NCBI GenBank assembly: GCA_944321985.1
Contig: CALUNK010000001.1
Coordinates: 1 to 60,587 of the forward strand
Direction of reading: 5' to 3'
Origin: Candidatus Methanomethylophilaceae archaeon
Lineage (GTDB): Archaea; Thermoplasmatota; Thermoplasmata; Methanomassiliicoccales; Methanomethylophilaceae
Length of the DNA stretch: 60,587 bases
How positions within the stretch are numbered: position 1 is the first letter of the stretch; each line of letters starts with the position of its first letter. Both the position numbers and the translations under genes were made by a program. Below, in pieces: positions 47,233-58,288 of this stretch. Under the pieces are notes generated by a model. The model saw only the letters and a list, made by a program, of their open reading frames with translations, was not told the origin of the DNA and did no database searches.

Positions 47233-47860
47233 TGTTATCGACCCGTTATGTCAAGCTACCTATATATTCACGCGGAGGGGCGGGACTTCATCGAGACGGA
47301 CAGCATGAACGCGTAACCCAACAGTAACGGAAACTGCATCGGGAATCTTGGATCATGTTTGTGGAAATGTAACTGAGAACGAACACTATGAAGTTTATGG
47401 CGGCTCCAATGAAATCATTCCCACACCAGGTCGAGGCGATGCTCCCAGACCTATCAACAGGGTGAAGGCTTCAGTCTACCTAGACTCAACATTGGACGAA
47501 CGGACACGTCCTGGCCCAGCATCTCAGGGTAAGGACGACCACGGCCATTCCAATCATGGAGTTCTCTTGACCGAACACTTGGGCAAAGGTTACTACGAAT
47601 AGCAGATTAGGATGGAGAATATGCTCTTCCCAGCTACCATCTTAGCTCTATGTTATACAGCTGATCTGTCTCCATATAAAGAGAACAAATCGCCTGTTTC
47701 CTGCTTCACTCCAAGACGAAAGCTTTCTATCCAGTCTGCCATACCTCCGACATTATCTGAGGTTCTGTAATCGAAACAGTTACAACTCTGGCCATAATCT
47801 ACTTTTTTCTTGGTAGTTCGCTCCGCCTTATCTTATCAACGACGATTCAGAGCTGAGAAC

Positions 47861-48574
47861 ATGAGCGGATTCGACAGGGTGCTTGATGACATCAGGGTCG
47901 GTAGACCTGTCCTCGTCTACGACTTCGACGATAGGGAACGGGAGACCGACATGACGGTCGCCTCCCAGTTCGTGACCGCGTCGACTCTCAGAACGATGAG
48001 GCACGACGCAGGCGGACTCGTGTGTACCACAACGCCGGGAAGGATCGCCGAGGAGATTGGTCTGCCCTTCATGTCGGACGTCTTCTGGGACGATGTGGAC
48101 AGATACCCTCTGCTGAGGGACATGGCCCCCACGGACATCCCATATGACAGGACGAAATCCTCCTTCGGTATAACAATTAACCATCGCAACACATACACAG
48201 GCATAACCGACGACGACCGTGCTCTCACCATCACGCAGTACGCCGAGACAATCTTCCAGGACATCCCAATGGAGGAGATCCGCAGGCAGATGGGCGAGAG
48301 ATTCAGAGCACCGGGTCATGTCCATCTATTGAACACCACGGACAGGATCCTTGTGGACAGGAAGGGTCACACCGAGCTCTGCACCGCTCTGATGTACATG
48401 GCGGGAGTGAAGCCCTCGGCGACGATCTGCGAGATGATGGGGGACGATGGCGGAGCCATGTCGCGCGAAAAGGTCGAGGAGTACGCCGCAGAGAAGGGGC
48501 TGAGCTTCATTACAGGTTCCGAGATCCTTGACAAGTGGGAGGCGTTCCGTATCGAGAACGGGGAGGATTTCTGA
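47861..48574 (+). CDS. ribB: 3,4-dihydroxy-2-butanone-4-phosphate synthase
   Basis: DDRERETD, TGITDDDRALT, FRAPGHV, RKGHTE and ICEM. Confidence 0.95.
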   Translation: MSGFDRVLDDIRVGRPVLVYDFDDRERETDMTVASQFVTASTLRTMRHDAGGLVCTTTPGRIAEEIGLPFMSDVFWDDVDRYPLLRDMAPTDIPYDRTKSSFGITINHRNTYTGITDDDRALTITQYAETIFQDIPMEEIRRQMGERFRAPGHVHLLNTTDRILVDRKGHTELCTALMYMAGVKPSATICEMMGDDGGAMSREKVEEYAAEKGLSFITGSEILDKWEAFRIENGEDF

Positions 48575-49473
<899 letters not shown>

Positions 49474-49477
49474 GAAA

Positions 49478-49891
49478 ATGAAGGAGTACAAGATTGGAAT
49501 AGTCGCCGCGGAGTTCAACTTCGAGGTTACTTCGCTCATGATCGAGAGGGCCAAAGCCGAAGCTGAGTTCCTCGGTGTCAATATCGTCAGGACGATTCTG
49601 GTTCCCGGGGTCTTCGAGATTCCAATGGCTGTGAAGAAGATGCTGGAGTCCGATGATGTCGACGGAGTCATCACCCTGGGAGCAGTCATCACAGGAGAGA
49701 CCAAGCATGATGAGGTCGTGGTCGCTCAGAGTTCAAGGAAGATCATGGACCTCGGGCTGGAGTACAACAAGCCTGTTGCATTCGGTATAACCGGGCCCGG
49801 AATGACCGAGCTTCAGGCTATGGACAGGATAGAGAAGGGCCGCGAGGTTGTAGACGCCGTGGTCAAGATGCTTCAGAGGTTAGACTACTGA
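49478..49891 (+). CDS. ribH: 6,7-dimethyl-8-ribityllumazine synthase
   Basis: VAAEFN, VPGVFEIP and GAVITGETKHD. Confidence 0.95.
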   Translation: MKEYKIGIVAAEFNFEVTSLMIERAKAEAEFLGVNIVRTILVPGVFEIPMAVKKMLESDDVDGVITLGAVITGETKHDEVVVAQSSRKIMDLGLEYNKPVAFGITGPGMTELQAMDRIEKGREVVDAVVKMLQRLDY

Positions 49892-49896
49892 AAAAC

Positions 49897-49926
49897 GAGG
49901 GTAACAACCCTCTTCACTTTTTTTTT
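49897..49926 (+). terminator. Hairpin + T9 terminator after ribH
   Basis: GAGGGT-aaca-ACCCTC followed by a T run. Confidence 0.7.
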
Positions 49927-49929
49927 GAT

Positions 49930-50343
49930 TTACATCCGGGGAGTCTTACCCTCGCAGATGCCGTTCTTCAGGATCCTTATCACTGTCGACATCGGGATCC
50001 CTGTTTCTATCGCGATTCTGACGCACCCCTGACCGGAAACGTAACGTTCCTCCACCTCGTACGCGGTTGTGTTCTCCGTCGCTTTCGCGGAGTCGCCTGG
50101 GTTTCTCGAAGAGGCATCCATCCATGAACGGGTCTTGCAATTCGGGCATCTGAGTGGAACCTGGTCAGAGCGGGAGAACCATGTGTGCCCACAGGCGACG
50201 CATGTGTTGGTCGTTGGTTTACCCTGCCAGTGGTAGGTGCCACAGTTCGGGCATCTCACCGGAGTTTCGGTGTGGCTGATCCAAACATGGCCGCAACGGC
50301 CGCATACCTTCTCTCTGCCGTCAGAAGAATCCATGCGGTTCAC
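49930..50343 (-). CDS. Tandem Zn-ribbon protein with a C-terminal HTH
   Basis: Two CxxCGHxW...PxRCPNC units; IAIETGIPMSTV. Confidence 0.8.
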   Translation of the reverse strand: MNRMDSSDGREKVCGRCGHVWISHTETPVRCPNCGTYHWQGKPTTNTCVACGHTWFSRSDQVPLRCPNCKTRSWMDASSRNPGDSAKATENTTAYEVEERYVSGQGCVRIAIETGIPMSTVIRILKNGICEGKTPRM

Positions 50344-50775
50344 CCATTTGGGCTATGCATCCAACAATATACCGGAGATATATAGGCGTATTGCTCAGGT
50401 GTTAATACTATATAGTATAAAATCAGAACGAGTGTTGTTAAACACAGAATATCGATTCCATGAGCAAAATTCGTATATGGATTGAAAACAGATGCGATTA
50501 TCCATCCATTGTTATTGCAACACGACGAAATATGGCAGTCGATCCAAACGCAATCTAACTCCGAATATAATTATTAATATTTACTAATTGAATGTTAAAT
50601 CTTATGGATTGTATAATTTTGTTTAACCAGTATTATTTATAAATTTTCCTAGTTGAATTATAAATTAACATCGTTGAAATTTGAGCTCACTCTAGGTTTT
50701 GACGAGCATGAAGACGGTTCAATACTTCGGAATCAGTGTATGATGTCCAGAATTCGCGAAATATGGGAAAGGGGA

Positions 50776-50797
50776 GGTCGTTCCTCGGGGAACGACC
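50776..50797 (-). terminator. Hairpin downstream of the aminotransferase gene
   Basis: GGTCGTTCC-tcgg-GGAACGACC. Confidence 0.55.
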
Positions 50798-50811
50798 CCT
50801 GAAAAGTAGTA

Positions 50812-52023
50812 TTATGCTGTGTTGTGTTTGATGAAGCGATCGATCTTGTCGTATGCTTCCTCAAGCACGTCCATCGGCGGGAGCGTGATGGTCCTGAAGT
50901 GTCCGGAACCGAACTCGGGGTCGAATCCGCTGCCGTGTACTACCACGACGCCTTCTTCGGCAATGAGATCCAGAACGAAGTCCTTGTCGGTTTTCCACTT
51001 GGTACCGCTGAGGTCAATTTTTGGGAACATGTAGAATGCTCCCTTCGCCCTGCGGGTGGTGATGCGATCAATCTCGTTCAATCTCTTGTAGGTATACTCC
51101 GCCCTAGCCTTCAGCTTGTTGTTCAGGTCCACGATGTAATCCTGGGGGCCCTGAAGTGATGCTTTGGCAGCGGCTTGGCAGGGGACGTTTGCACAAATCC
51201 TTGCCCTGAACTGTTTCATCATTCCTTCGCGGACCTCATCCATGAGGCCGTACTTGTCCATGAAGTAGCAGTATCCCATTCTCCATCCTGGCATCAGGTT
51301 GACTTTGGAGAACCCGTTGAAGATCACCCTCGGGATGTCGTCTGGCAACTCCGAAGCTGAGAAGTAGTTCCCCTCCATGATAATCTTGTCGTATATCTCG
51401 TCGGAAATCAGAGGAATGTCGTATTCTGCAGCTATGTCTCCGACTTCCCTGACCGTTTTCTCATTATAGATTGCTCCGGTGGGGTTGTTAGGGTTGATCA
51501 TGATGAGGGCTTTGGTCCTGTTGGTGATTCTTTTCCGGATCATGTCGGTGTCGACTCTCCAGTCCTCATCCTCGATCTGTCTGTATGAGACGGTTCTTCC
51601 TTCATAGAAGTTGATGTACTGCGCGTAGGATGGGTATCCTGGTCCAGGAACCAGAATCTCGTCACCTGGTTCGATGAGGGTACCCATCATGATGTTGATG
51701 CACTCGCTCACACCTGCTGTGACGTAGACATCCTTAGCGGTGATGCGTGCGCCGTGCTTTTCAAACTCTCTCTGAACAATTGCCTCGCGGAGATCTAAGT
51801 TGCCCTGAGAGTCGCCGTATCCGTTGTCGGTCTCATCCACTGCCACTCTGAGAGTCGCTTTAAAGTACTCGGGGGTCTCGAAGTCCCATTTGTTGGGATC
51901 TCCGATGTTGAGATCAAGGAGCTTCTTACCTGCTTTGGCGGCAGCGGCGGCGGGAACCGTGACCTCACGGATAGCGTAGTTCATTCCCATCGACCTTCTG
52001 GATGCCTTGATCTTAGTCTTCAT
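50812..52023 (-). CDS. Class I/II PLP aminotransferase (AlaA/AspAT-like)
   Basis: LNIGDP, INPNNPTG, SDEIY and FSKVNLMPGWRMG; start trimmed to MKTKIK. Confidence 0.92.
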   Translation of the reverse strand: MKTKIKASRRSMGMNYAIREVTVPAAAAAKAGKKLLDLNIGDPNKWDFETPEYFKATLRVAVDETDNGYGDSQGNLDLREAIVQREFEKHGARITAKDVYVTAGVSECINIMMGTLIEPGDEILVPGPGYPSYAQYINFYEGRTVSYRQIEDEDWRVDTDMIRKRITNRTKALIMINPNNPTGAIYNEKTVREVGDIAAEYDIPLISDEIYDKIIMEGNYFSASELPDDIPRVIFNGFSKVNLMPGWRMGYCYFMDKYGLMDEVREGMMKQFRARICANVPCQAAAKASLQGPQDYIVDLNNKLKARAEYTYKRLNEIDRITTRRAKGAFYMFPKIDLSGTKWKTDKDFVLDLIAEEGVVVVHGSGFDPEFGSGHFRTITLPPMDVLEEAYDKIDRFIKHNTA

Positions 52024-52135
52024 AAGCAATCGGCACTGAACCACAATTATTGGATATAATTCTAAGGGTCTTCGGTAATCGCCCGATCCGTATAGATGTA
52101 AGTAGTTTTTAGGCGGGCCGTCGGCCCGCCTGTGA

Positions 52136-53869
52136 TCAAAGGATATAACTAGCCCAGTACAGCTCATACATGCTCTTGACATCGCCTCTCTCGACGCCCA
52201 AGGCGTAGAGGATGCCGTCTTCCATCCCTATGTAGCTGGTGTAGATTGTTCCGTCTTCGGCGGTGCTAATGTAGACATCGCAGTATCTGGTTCCATAGAG
52301 GAAGTCTCCGGAGATTCTGTAGGCGAATTCTCCGTTCTCGTATCCCGGACCCTTTAGCAGTCCTTCGACCGTCCAGGAACTCTCTTCGTCGTTCTCAAGT
52401 ACGGTGATTGTGCCATCCTCGTACACATGAGTAACTTGTACGTAACTCTCATAGTACCCGTACGTTCTGTCTATGTATGTACACCAGTCTCCGGCATTGA
52501 TCTCGGTTCTCATTTCACTCTCGGTGAACGGGTCATCGCGCCCCCACTCGTATCCGTAATAGGTGTAGACCTGGTAGGTGCTGGATGTCCCTTGATCAAT
52601 CAGGATCGCAATGACGAAACCGTCGTAGACGTATTCGGTGACGCGGTAGTTCAGCTCATTGATGTACGTTACCGCCTCGCACTCGAGTGCCCCCCAGGGG
52701 GTGTTTATCGTCTTTCCCTCGGCAGGATCGCCCTGAGAGGGTCCTGTGACGAATCCGGGCGTTCCGATGTAGTCCCCCTCATACTCCATGTTCGTGTATA
52801 TCGTAGTGACAAGGCTGCCGTCGGGGTATTCTATGTAGACTTCCTGGTCGCTCTCGAAGGCTCCGACAGGAACCCCGTTCTCGATCGTGTACATCACGCT
52901 GGTGACAGTGTATCCGAAGGGCTCATCCACAGGTACCAGGTCGAAGGCACCTGACCCTATGACAAGGCTGGAGTATGCCAGACTGTATTCCATGAGGTTC
53001 GTACCGTTGTACTCCTGGCGAAGGTAGACGACACCGTCGTCCTTGCCGACGAAGGTGTAGGTGTAGCTACCATCATCGTTCTCTTCCAGATAGGCATCAC
53101 ACATGATGTTTCCATACTCTGTGTTCTTCACATATGCAGATCCCACGGGTTCGAGCCCCCTGAAACCGTTGGTGTTGAGGAAGTAGGACTTGGGGTCTGT
53201 AATCGATTCATCGGTTCCCAGTATGTTGTAGGTGATCTCATCCTCTGTAACGGCTGTGACTGCACGGGTTAACATGTCGGTGCCAACAAGATCGCCATTG
53301 GAGTATTCTCTGACAAGGTACGATATTATGTCCCCGACTTCGACCTCAGAATCCTGTTGGTTGACGTTCACTTCGATCGTTCCACCGTAGAGGCTGGATT
53401 CGATGAGATCGAAAGAATAGGTATATCCTGCCGATGTGCTCAGAATCTTGATGAAGGCCCCGGTACGCAGATCGAGCCAATAGATCCACATGTCGTCTCC
53501 GACTGTATACTCGTATACGTTGCACTCCACATCCTCACCCATGAATTCCAGGGTATCTGTGCGGGCCACGTCAAGGGAGATGATGTAACTGTAGTAGTAG
53601 CTGGGTTCGTAGAATTCTTCGCCTGATATAGCCGTTATCATGGTGAGGTCGTCACCTTCGGACATGAACACGTACTCGCTGTAGTAGTACATGCTGCTGG
53701 CTTCTTCGTTGGTGGAATCCTGAACAGTTGTTAGATAGAGGAAGTTGTCTCCGACGTCTATATGCCTGTAACCATCATCATCTTGGTTCGTAATGTACCA
53801 TGTGAATCCGGCCACAGCAACTATAATCGCCGCAACAACAACGATTATTGCTATGTTCTTCGAATTCAT
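52136..53869 (-). CDS. Membrane-anchored acidic surface protein with four internal repeats
   Basis: N-terminal TM helix; repeated G...C..Y units (MGEDVECNVY, YGNIMCDAY, WGALECEAV, YGTRYCDVY). Confidence 0.75.
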   Translation of the reverse strand: MNSKNIAIIVVVAAIIVAVAGFTWYITNQDDDGYRHIDVGDNFLYLTTVQDSTNEEASSMYYYSEYVFMSEGDDLTMITAISGEEFYEPSYYYSYIISLDVARTDTLEFMGEDVECNVYEYTVGDDMWIYWLDLRTGAFIKILSTSAGYTYSFDLIESSLYGGTIEVNVNQQDSEVEVGDIISYLVREYSNGDLVGTDMLTRAVTAVTEDEITYNILGTDESITDPKSYFLNTNGFRGLEPVGSAYVKNTEYGNIMCDAYLEENDDGSYTYTFVGKDDGVVYLRQEYNGTNLMEYSLAYSSLVIGSGAFDLVPVDEPFGYTVTSVMYTIENGVPVGAFESDQEVYIEYPDGSLVTTIYTNMEYEGDYIGTPGFVTGPSQGDPAEGKTINTPWGALECEAVTYINELNYRVTEYVYDGFVIAILIDQGTSSTYQVYTYYGYEWGRDDPFTESEMRTEINAGDWCTYIDRTYGYYESYVQVTHVYEDGTITVLENDEESSWTVEGLLKGPGYENGEFAYRISGDFLYGTRYCDVYISTAEDGTIYTSYIGMEDGILYALGVERGDVKSMYELYWASYIL

Positions 53870-54127
53870 GATTAACTAATCAGTTAATGCATATTTAAAC
53901 AAAATAGTAGGGTAATATTGCCCTCCAAATTCCGATTGAGTTTATATCCAACGATATTTCAAATTATTTTACAATAAAGTCAAGAATTAGACACATAAGA
54001 CATGGAAATGAATGAAAAGAGGAGATGTTTGTGGAAGAACAATCCGATATTCGCGGATGGATAGTGCAGAGGGAATCCAGCACATATTAGATGCCGAGGG
54101 CGGCCAAAGGCCGCCCCGGCAGTGCGA

Positions 54128-54442
54128 TCACTCGAGCTCGATGGTAACGTTCCTCTTCAGTCCGAGGTCGCCGGCCGCTTCGAGGGATTTGACAATGGCA
54201 CATGGTACCGGACAGGCTGTGTGGCGGATGTTCTCGGTTGCCCAGGCGTAGACCTTGGACTCGTTGAACGGTGCTCCGACCTCCTCGTAGGCGACTATGG
54301 ACATCTCGGGATCCTTGGCGACCATGGGGCAGTCGCTCTCGATCCTGATGTTAACGGTCATCATATCCTCGGATGGTGTGGCGTAGATCGTCGTGGTCTT
54401 TCCACATACCCCGGCTTTGACTGTTGTCTTGCAGTCCGACAT
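54128..54442 (-). CDS. Conserved small hypothetical protein
   Basis: AGVCG, ESDCP and HTACPVP motifs; GAGG RBS. Confidence 0.75.
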   Translation of the reverse strand: MSDCKTTVKAGVCGKTTTIYATPSEDMMTVNIRIESDCPMVAKDPEMSIVAYEEVGAPFNESKVYAWATENIRHTACPVPCAIVKSLEAAGDLGLKRNVTIELE

Positions 54443-54570
54443 AAGCATTCCTCAAAGGCGAGGTCCCATCCGACAATATATAGGAATGCCCTCGACAAGA
54501 AAAGTAAAGACCCATTAATGTCAGGGGATGGTTTGAAGGGGAGGTGTTGCCCTCCCCGTGTTGAACCGGA

Positions 54571-55875
54571 TCAGCTCCACCAGTCGCCACGGCGGTCGAT
54601 GGTCTCGTCCCTGTCGGGCCCTACGCTGATGATGTCTGCGGGGACCTTGAGGTAGTTCTCCACGAACTCGATGTACTCGCGCATCTCTCCGGGAAGGTTG
54701 TCGTATCCGTTTTTGACGACTGCCGCGGTGTCATTCCAGCCTTTCCATCCCTTGAAGTACTCGTAGACGGGCTTTGCCCTGTTGAGCTTGGAAATGGACG
54801 CTGGGAAGTGCCTGACCTCTTCTCCGTCGATCTCATATGCCACACAGACCGGGAGTTCCGGCGTGTCGTTCAGGACGTCGATCTTCGTGATGCCCAGAGA
54901 TGTGAAGCCGCACATTCTGGAGGCATGCTCGCACACTACGAGGTCCAGCCAGCCGCACCTGCGTCCCCTTCCGGTCGTGACGCCGAACTCGCCTCCCTTG
55001 TGTTGCAGCGCCAGCTCCTCCTCGCCGGAGAGCTCTGTGACGAACGGCCCCTCACCCACGCGGGTGGTGTATGCCTTGATGACTCCGAGCACGCCGTCGA
55101 TTCTGTTGGGTGCGACACCGGATCCCGTGCAGATCCCGCCACCGCAGGTCGCGGAGGAAGTCACGTACGGGTACGTCCCATGGTCGATGTCCAGCATCGC
55201 TCCCTGTGCGCCCTCGAAGATGACATTCTTTCCCTCGTCGAGGGAGTCGTTGATGAGGACCGAAGTGTCGCAGATGTACCTGCCGACCATGTCCCTCCAC
55301 CCCTTCATCTTGTCATGCAGGGATTCGACGGTGCATGAGCAGGGTTCCGCCTCCATGAGGTCCAGCATGTCCTTCTTGTACGGCAGGATGAACGAGATCT
55401 TGTCATCCAGGAGTTCATCCTCCAGGAGGTCTCCAGCTCTGAATCCGATCCTCGCGATCTTGTCCTGGTACGCAGGTCCAATACCCTTCTTGGTTGTTCC
55501 CACGACGTTCTTTCCGCGGTACTTCTCCTCTGCCCCGTCCAGTTTCTTATGGTAATTCATAATCAGGTGCGCCCTGTCGGATATCCTGAGCCCGTCGACG
55601 CTTCCGCCGTTTTCAAGGACCTGTTTGATCTCCTCTCCGAGCTCCTCAAGATTGACAACGACACCGTTCCCGATGACTGCCAGCTTGCCGGGTCTGACCA
55701 CGCCCGAGGGCAGTCCGTGGAGCTTGAACGTCTTACCGTCCACGATGATGGTGTGGCCGGCGTTGTTCCCGCCCTGGAAGCGGACGATGAGGTCCGCCTG
55801 CTCGTCGAGATAGTCTGTGATCTTTCCTTTCCCTTCGTCTCCCCACTGGGCTCCGATGATAGCTAGACTGGGCAT
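54571..55875 (-). CDS. purA: Adenylosuccinate synthetase
   Basis: GAQWGDEGKGK, GGNNAGHT and EFGVTTGRGRRCGWLD. Confidence 0.98.
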   Translation of the reverse strand: MPSLAIIGAQWGDEGKGKITDYLDEQADLIVRFQGGNNAGHTIIVDGKTFKLHGLPSGVVRPGKLAVIGNGVVVNLEELGEEIKQVLENGGSVDGLRISDRAHLIMNYHKKLDGAEEKYRGKNVVGTTKKGIGPAYQDKIARIGFRAGDLLEDELLDDKISFILPYKKDMLDLMEAEPCSCTVESLHDKMKGWRDMVGRYICDTSVLINDSLDEGKNVIFEGAQGAMLDIDHGTYPYVTSSATCGGGICTGSGVAPNRIDGVLGVIKAYTTRVGEGPFVTELSGEEELALQHKGGEFGVTTGRGRRCGWLDLVVCEHASRMCGFTSLGITKIDVLNDTPELPVCVAYEIDGEEVRHFPASISKLNRAKPVYEYFKGWKGWNDTAAVVKNGYDNLPGEMREYIEFVENYLKVPADIISVGPDRDETIDRRGDWWS

Positions 55876-55987
55876 TCTCTGGCACCTTGTTCGACGCTAG
55901 ATTATGCATCTTTATAAGGTTGCTGGGGTGCGACAAGGGTGTCATTTCCTATCTGTCCGGCTGGCGAATCTACAAGTGCCAATCGTT

Positions 55988-57112
55988 TTACTGATTCGGG
56001 CCATCCTGAGCGTCCGGGCTGAACTGCCTGTAGAGTTCCTGCAGGTCATCCAGGTCGATGTCAGTTTTGAAAGACGTGGGGGATACATGAGACTTCGAGG
56101 CCCTTCCGTGATTGTTAAGGAAATCCACGAAGTCATCAATCCTCGGAGGTGACATCTTGACATGCGAGGACAGCTCGCTCATGTCATAGACGAACACCTG
56201 GTCATCCAGTTCGCCCCTCCACAGGTTCAGGTACTTGGAGCACCTGCGCTCATCAGCCATGCCTTCCGGGGACATCCTGGAGATGGTGTAGGCGTCGTGC
56301 AGCGGTCCCAGCCAGAACGGGCCGAGCCTGTGCTCCTCGTCCGGGAACCTGGATGTTGAGCGTTCCATCGTCTCCATATTGTACTGCATGTATCCGAGCT
56401 GGGCAAGGGAGTCGTCGGCGGCTTTCGCCCCCTCCGTTATCTGGACGTAGGTCCTGAAGTAATGGTCGGCGTAGAACGATAGAAGTGGCTTCATGCCGCG
56501 GTCGAACTTCGCGAGTTCCCTTGCGACGTTGCACATGAGTATCCTGAGGCCACCCTCGTGACACATGAACCCACGGATCGGTTCGCACTGGTACCTGCGT
56601 CTGCACTTGGGAGCATGGGCTCCTGCAAGCGGTGCTGTGTCGGTGGCGGTTATCGCCATTATCCCCCTCTTGCCGGTGCCGCGTATCGCAGACTGGAGGA
56701 ACGGCATGGGCGAACCAAACGGGTCCAGGTCCACGTAGTCGAAGGACTCCTCCGTGAAGAGTATGTGAAGGTTGGAGCAGTTGGCCCTGCAGTTCGTCAA
56801 GCCGTTCAGCTCTATGTTCGCCTGGATGTAGGGCATCGCGGAGGGGCTGATGTCGTTGGCAGTGACGTCGGACCCCGGCACCTCGTTGGCGATCCTGACC
56901 GACCTGGATCCGGTGGCGCACATCGCGTCTGCGACACTGACGGAGTCGCGTTCAAGGGATCTCAGGAGCATGACGCTTACATCTCTGTTGAATGCCATCT
57001 GCTCGTTGAAGAAAACGGACCCGACCTTCTTGCCCGGTCCGTGGACGGAATGTTCGAGGGGAACCAGGATCTCGGTGTTTCCCTCTCTTATGACGGTGCC
57101 CTCCGGGGTCAC
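55988..57112 (-). CDS. trm1: tRNA (guanine-26-N2)-dimethyltransferase
   Basis: VFFNEQMAFNRD, DLDPFGSP and TATDTAPL; GTG start overlapping the NTPase stop. Confidence 0.93.
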   Translation of the reverse strand: MTPEGTVIREGNTEILVPLEHSVHGPGKKVGSVFFNEQMAFNRDVSVMLLRSLERDSVSVADAMCATGSRSVRIANEVPGSDVTANDISPSAMPYIQANIELNGLTNCRANCSNLHILFTEESFDYVDLDPFGSPMPFLQSAIRGTGKRGIMAITATDTAPLAGAHAPKCRRRYQCEPIRGFMCHEGGLRILMCNVARELAKFDRGMKPLLSFYADHYFRTYVQITEGAKAADDSLAQLGYMQYNMETMERSTSRFPDEEHRLGPFWLGPLHDAYTISRMSPEGMADERRCSKYLNLWRGELDDQVFVYDMSELSSHVKMSPPRIDDFVDFLNNHGRASKSHVSPTSFKTDIDLDDLQELYRQFSPDAQDGPNQ

Positions 57113-57654
57113 ACGCTCTCCCCGTTCATTAGACGGACAATCTTGTAGGGGAGGATGTTTCTGTTGGTGGGCGTGACCTCGAGAATCCTCACATCGTCCC
57201 TCCTCCTGATGTCCTGAAGAAGCGGGTTTCTTGATTTCTTGTGGAGTGTTATTATCATCGGTTTGTCGGCGTCCAGGGCATCCTTCACGGCGTCTATGAA
57301 GAGCTGACTCTCGACCTCCATCTTCCCGACCTCGTCGATTACGATGATGTCGCAGTTCTGGCACGCTTCGCGGATGGCCTTGACCCCGACCTCCTCGAGT
57401 TTGCTGAGGTCGACTCCAATCTTCCCCACCATAATCTTGCTCTCGATGTCCGTACTGGCGAACACGGCGGTCTCTCCGGTAACGAGATCTCTGACGGTAA
57501 AGCCTGTCTTGTGTCTCCCGTCTCCCACAGGCTCGTCGATCATGCCACCGATGGACAGTTCCTCCTCTTTCAGCATCTCGATTACCCTGAGCAGGGCATA
57601 GGTCTTCCCAGAGCCAGGGAGACCGGTGATTCCGATCTTGATATCAGCTATCAT
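57109..57654 (-). CDS. Nucleoside-triphosphatase (THEP1 family)
   Basis: ITGLPGSGKT and IVIDEVGKME. Confidence 0.9.
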   Translation of the reverse strand: MIADIKIGITGLPGSGKTYALLRVIEMLKEEELSIGGMIDEPVGDGRHKTGFTVRDLVTGETAVFASTDIESKIMVGKIGVDLSKLEEVGVKAIREACQNCDIIVIDEVGKMEVESQLFIDAVKDALDADKPMIITLHKKSRNPLLQDIRRRDDVRILEVTPTNRNILPYKIVRLMNGESV

Positions 57655-57829
57655 GGACACGCCCGCCAGTTTAAAGACTGGCCTAACGGAGATGGAATTA
57701 AGAATATTTAAACCGTCGTCAAGACTCTCGGTTTCCGTGATTTTCCCGTCGTCGTTTGATTACCAAAAAACGGGTTTTAGTACGACATTAGTCGAATATC
57801 GAAGCACCGTCCGGGGCAGCCAGACATAT

Positions 57830-58207
57830 TTAACAGATGTCGGACACGTACATCAGCGGATACCCGAGTTCCTTGTCGTAGCGCATCTCGGCGGTGACCC
57901 TGGTGCCGCCGATGCGGATGGTCACGACCGCATCCATCATGTCGCCGGTCAGCGACACGTACGAGTATCTGTCGCCGTCCTTGGTGAAGACCGAGCGGTT
58001 CACACGGACTTTGGCCGATTCGACGTATGGCTGTACGGAGATTGCAGAGCTCATCCCCTCCTCCAGGGATTCCACAGTGCGAAGGTTGACTGGGGTCCCG
58101 ACGAACTGGTGGTAGATGGTGCCCATCTTGATACCCGCCTCGAACAGTGCCCTCTCGCGTTCCGTGCAAGCGAACTTGCCGGCCGCCATCTGGTCTCTTC
58201 CTTCCAT
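57830..58207 (-). CDS. mptD: Archaeal dihydroneopterin aldolase
   Basis: ERALFEAGIKMGTIYHQFVGTPV and YPLMYV. Confidence 0.88.
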   Translation of the reverse strand: MEGRDQMAAGKFACTERERALFEAGIKMGTIYHQFVGTPVNLRTVESLEEGMSSAISVQPYVESAKVRVNRSVFTKDGDRYSYVSLTGDMMDAVVTIRIGGTRVTAEMRYDKELGYPLMYVSDIC

Positions 58208-58288
58208 GTGACCGCCATCCGCGATTCAGGTAAAAAGTGAACGGTTCGATTCCTAGTCCTCTTAAATACCGCTGTTCTATGCACCGGC

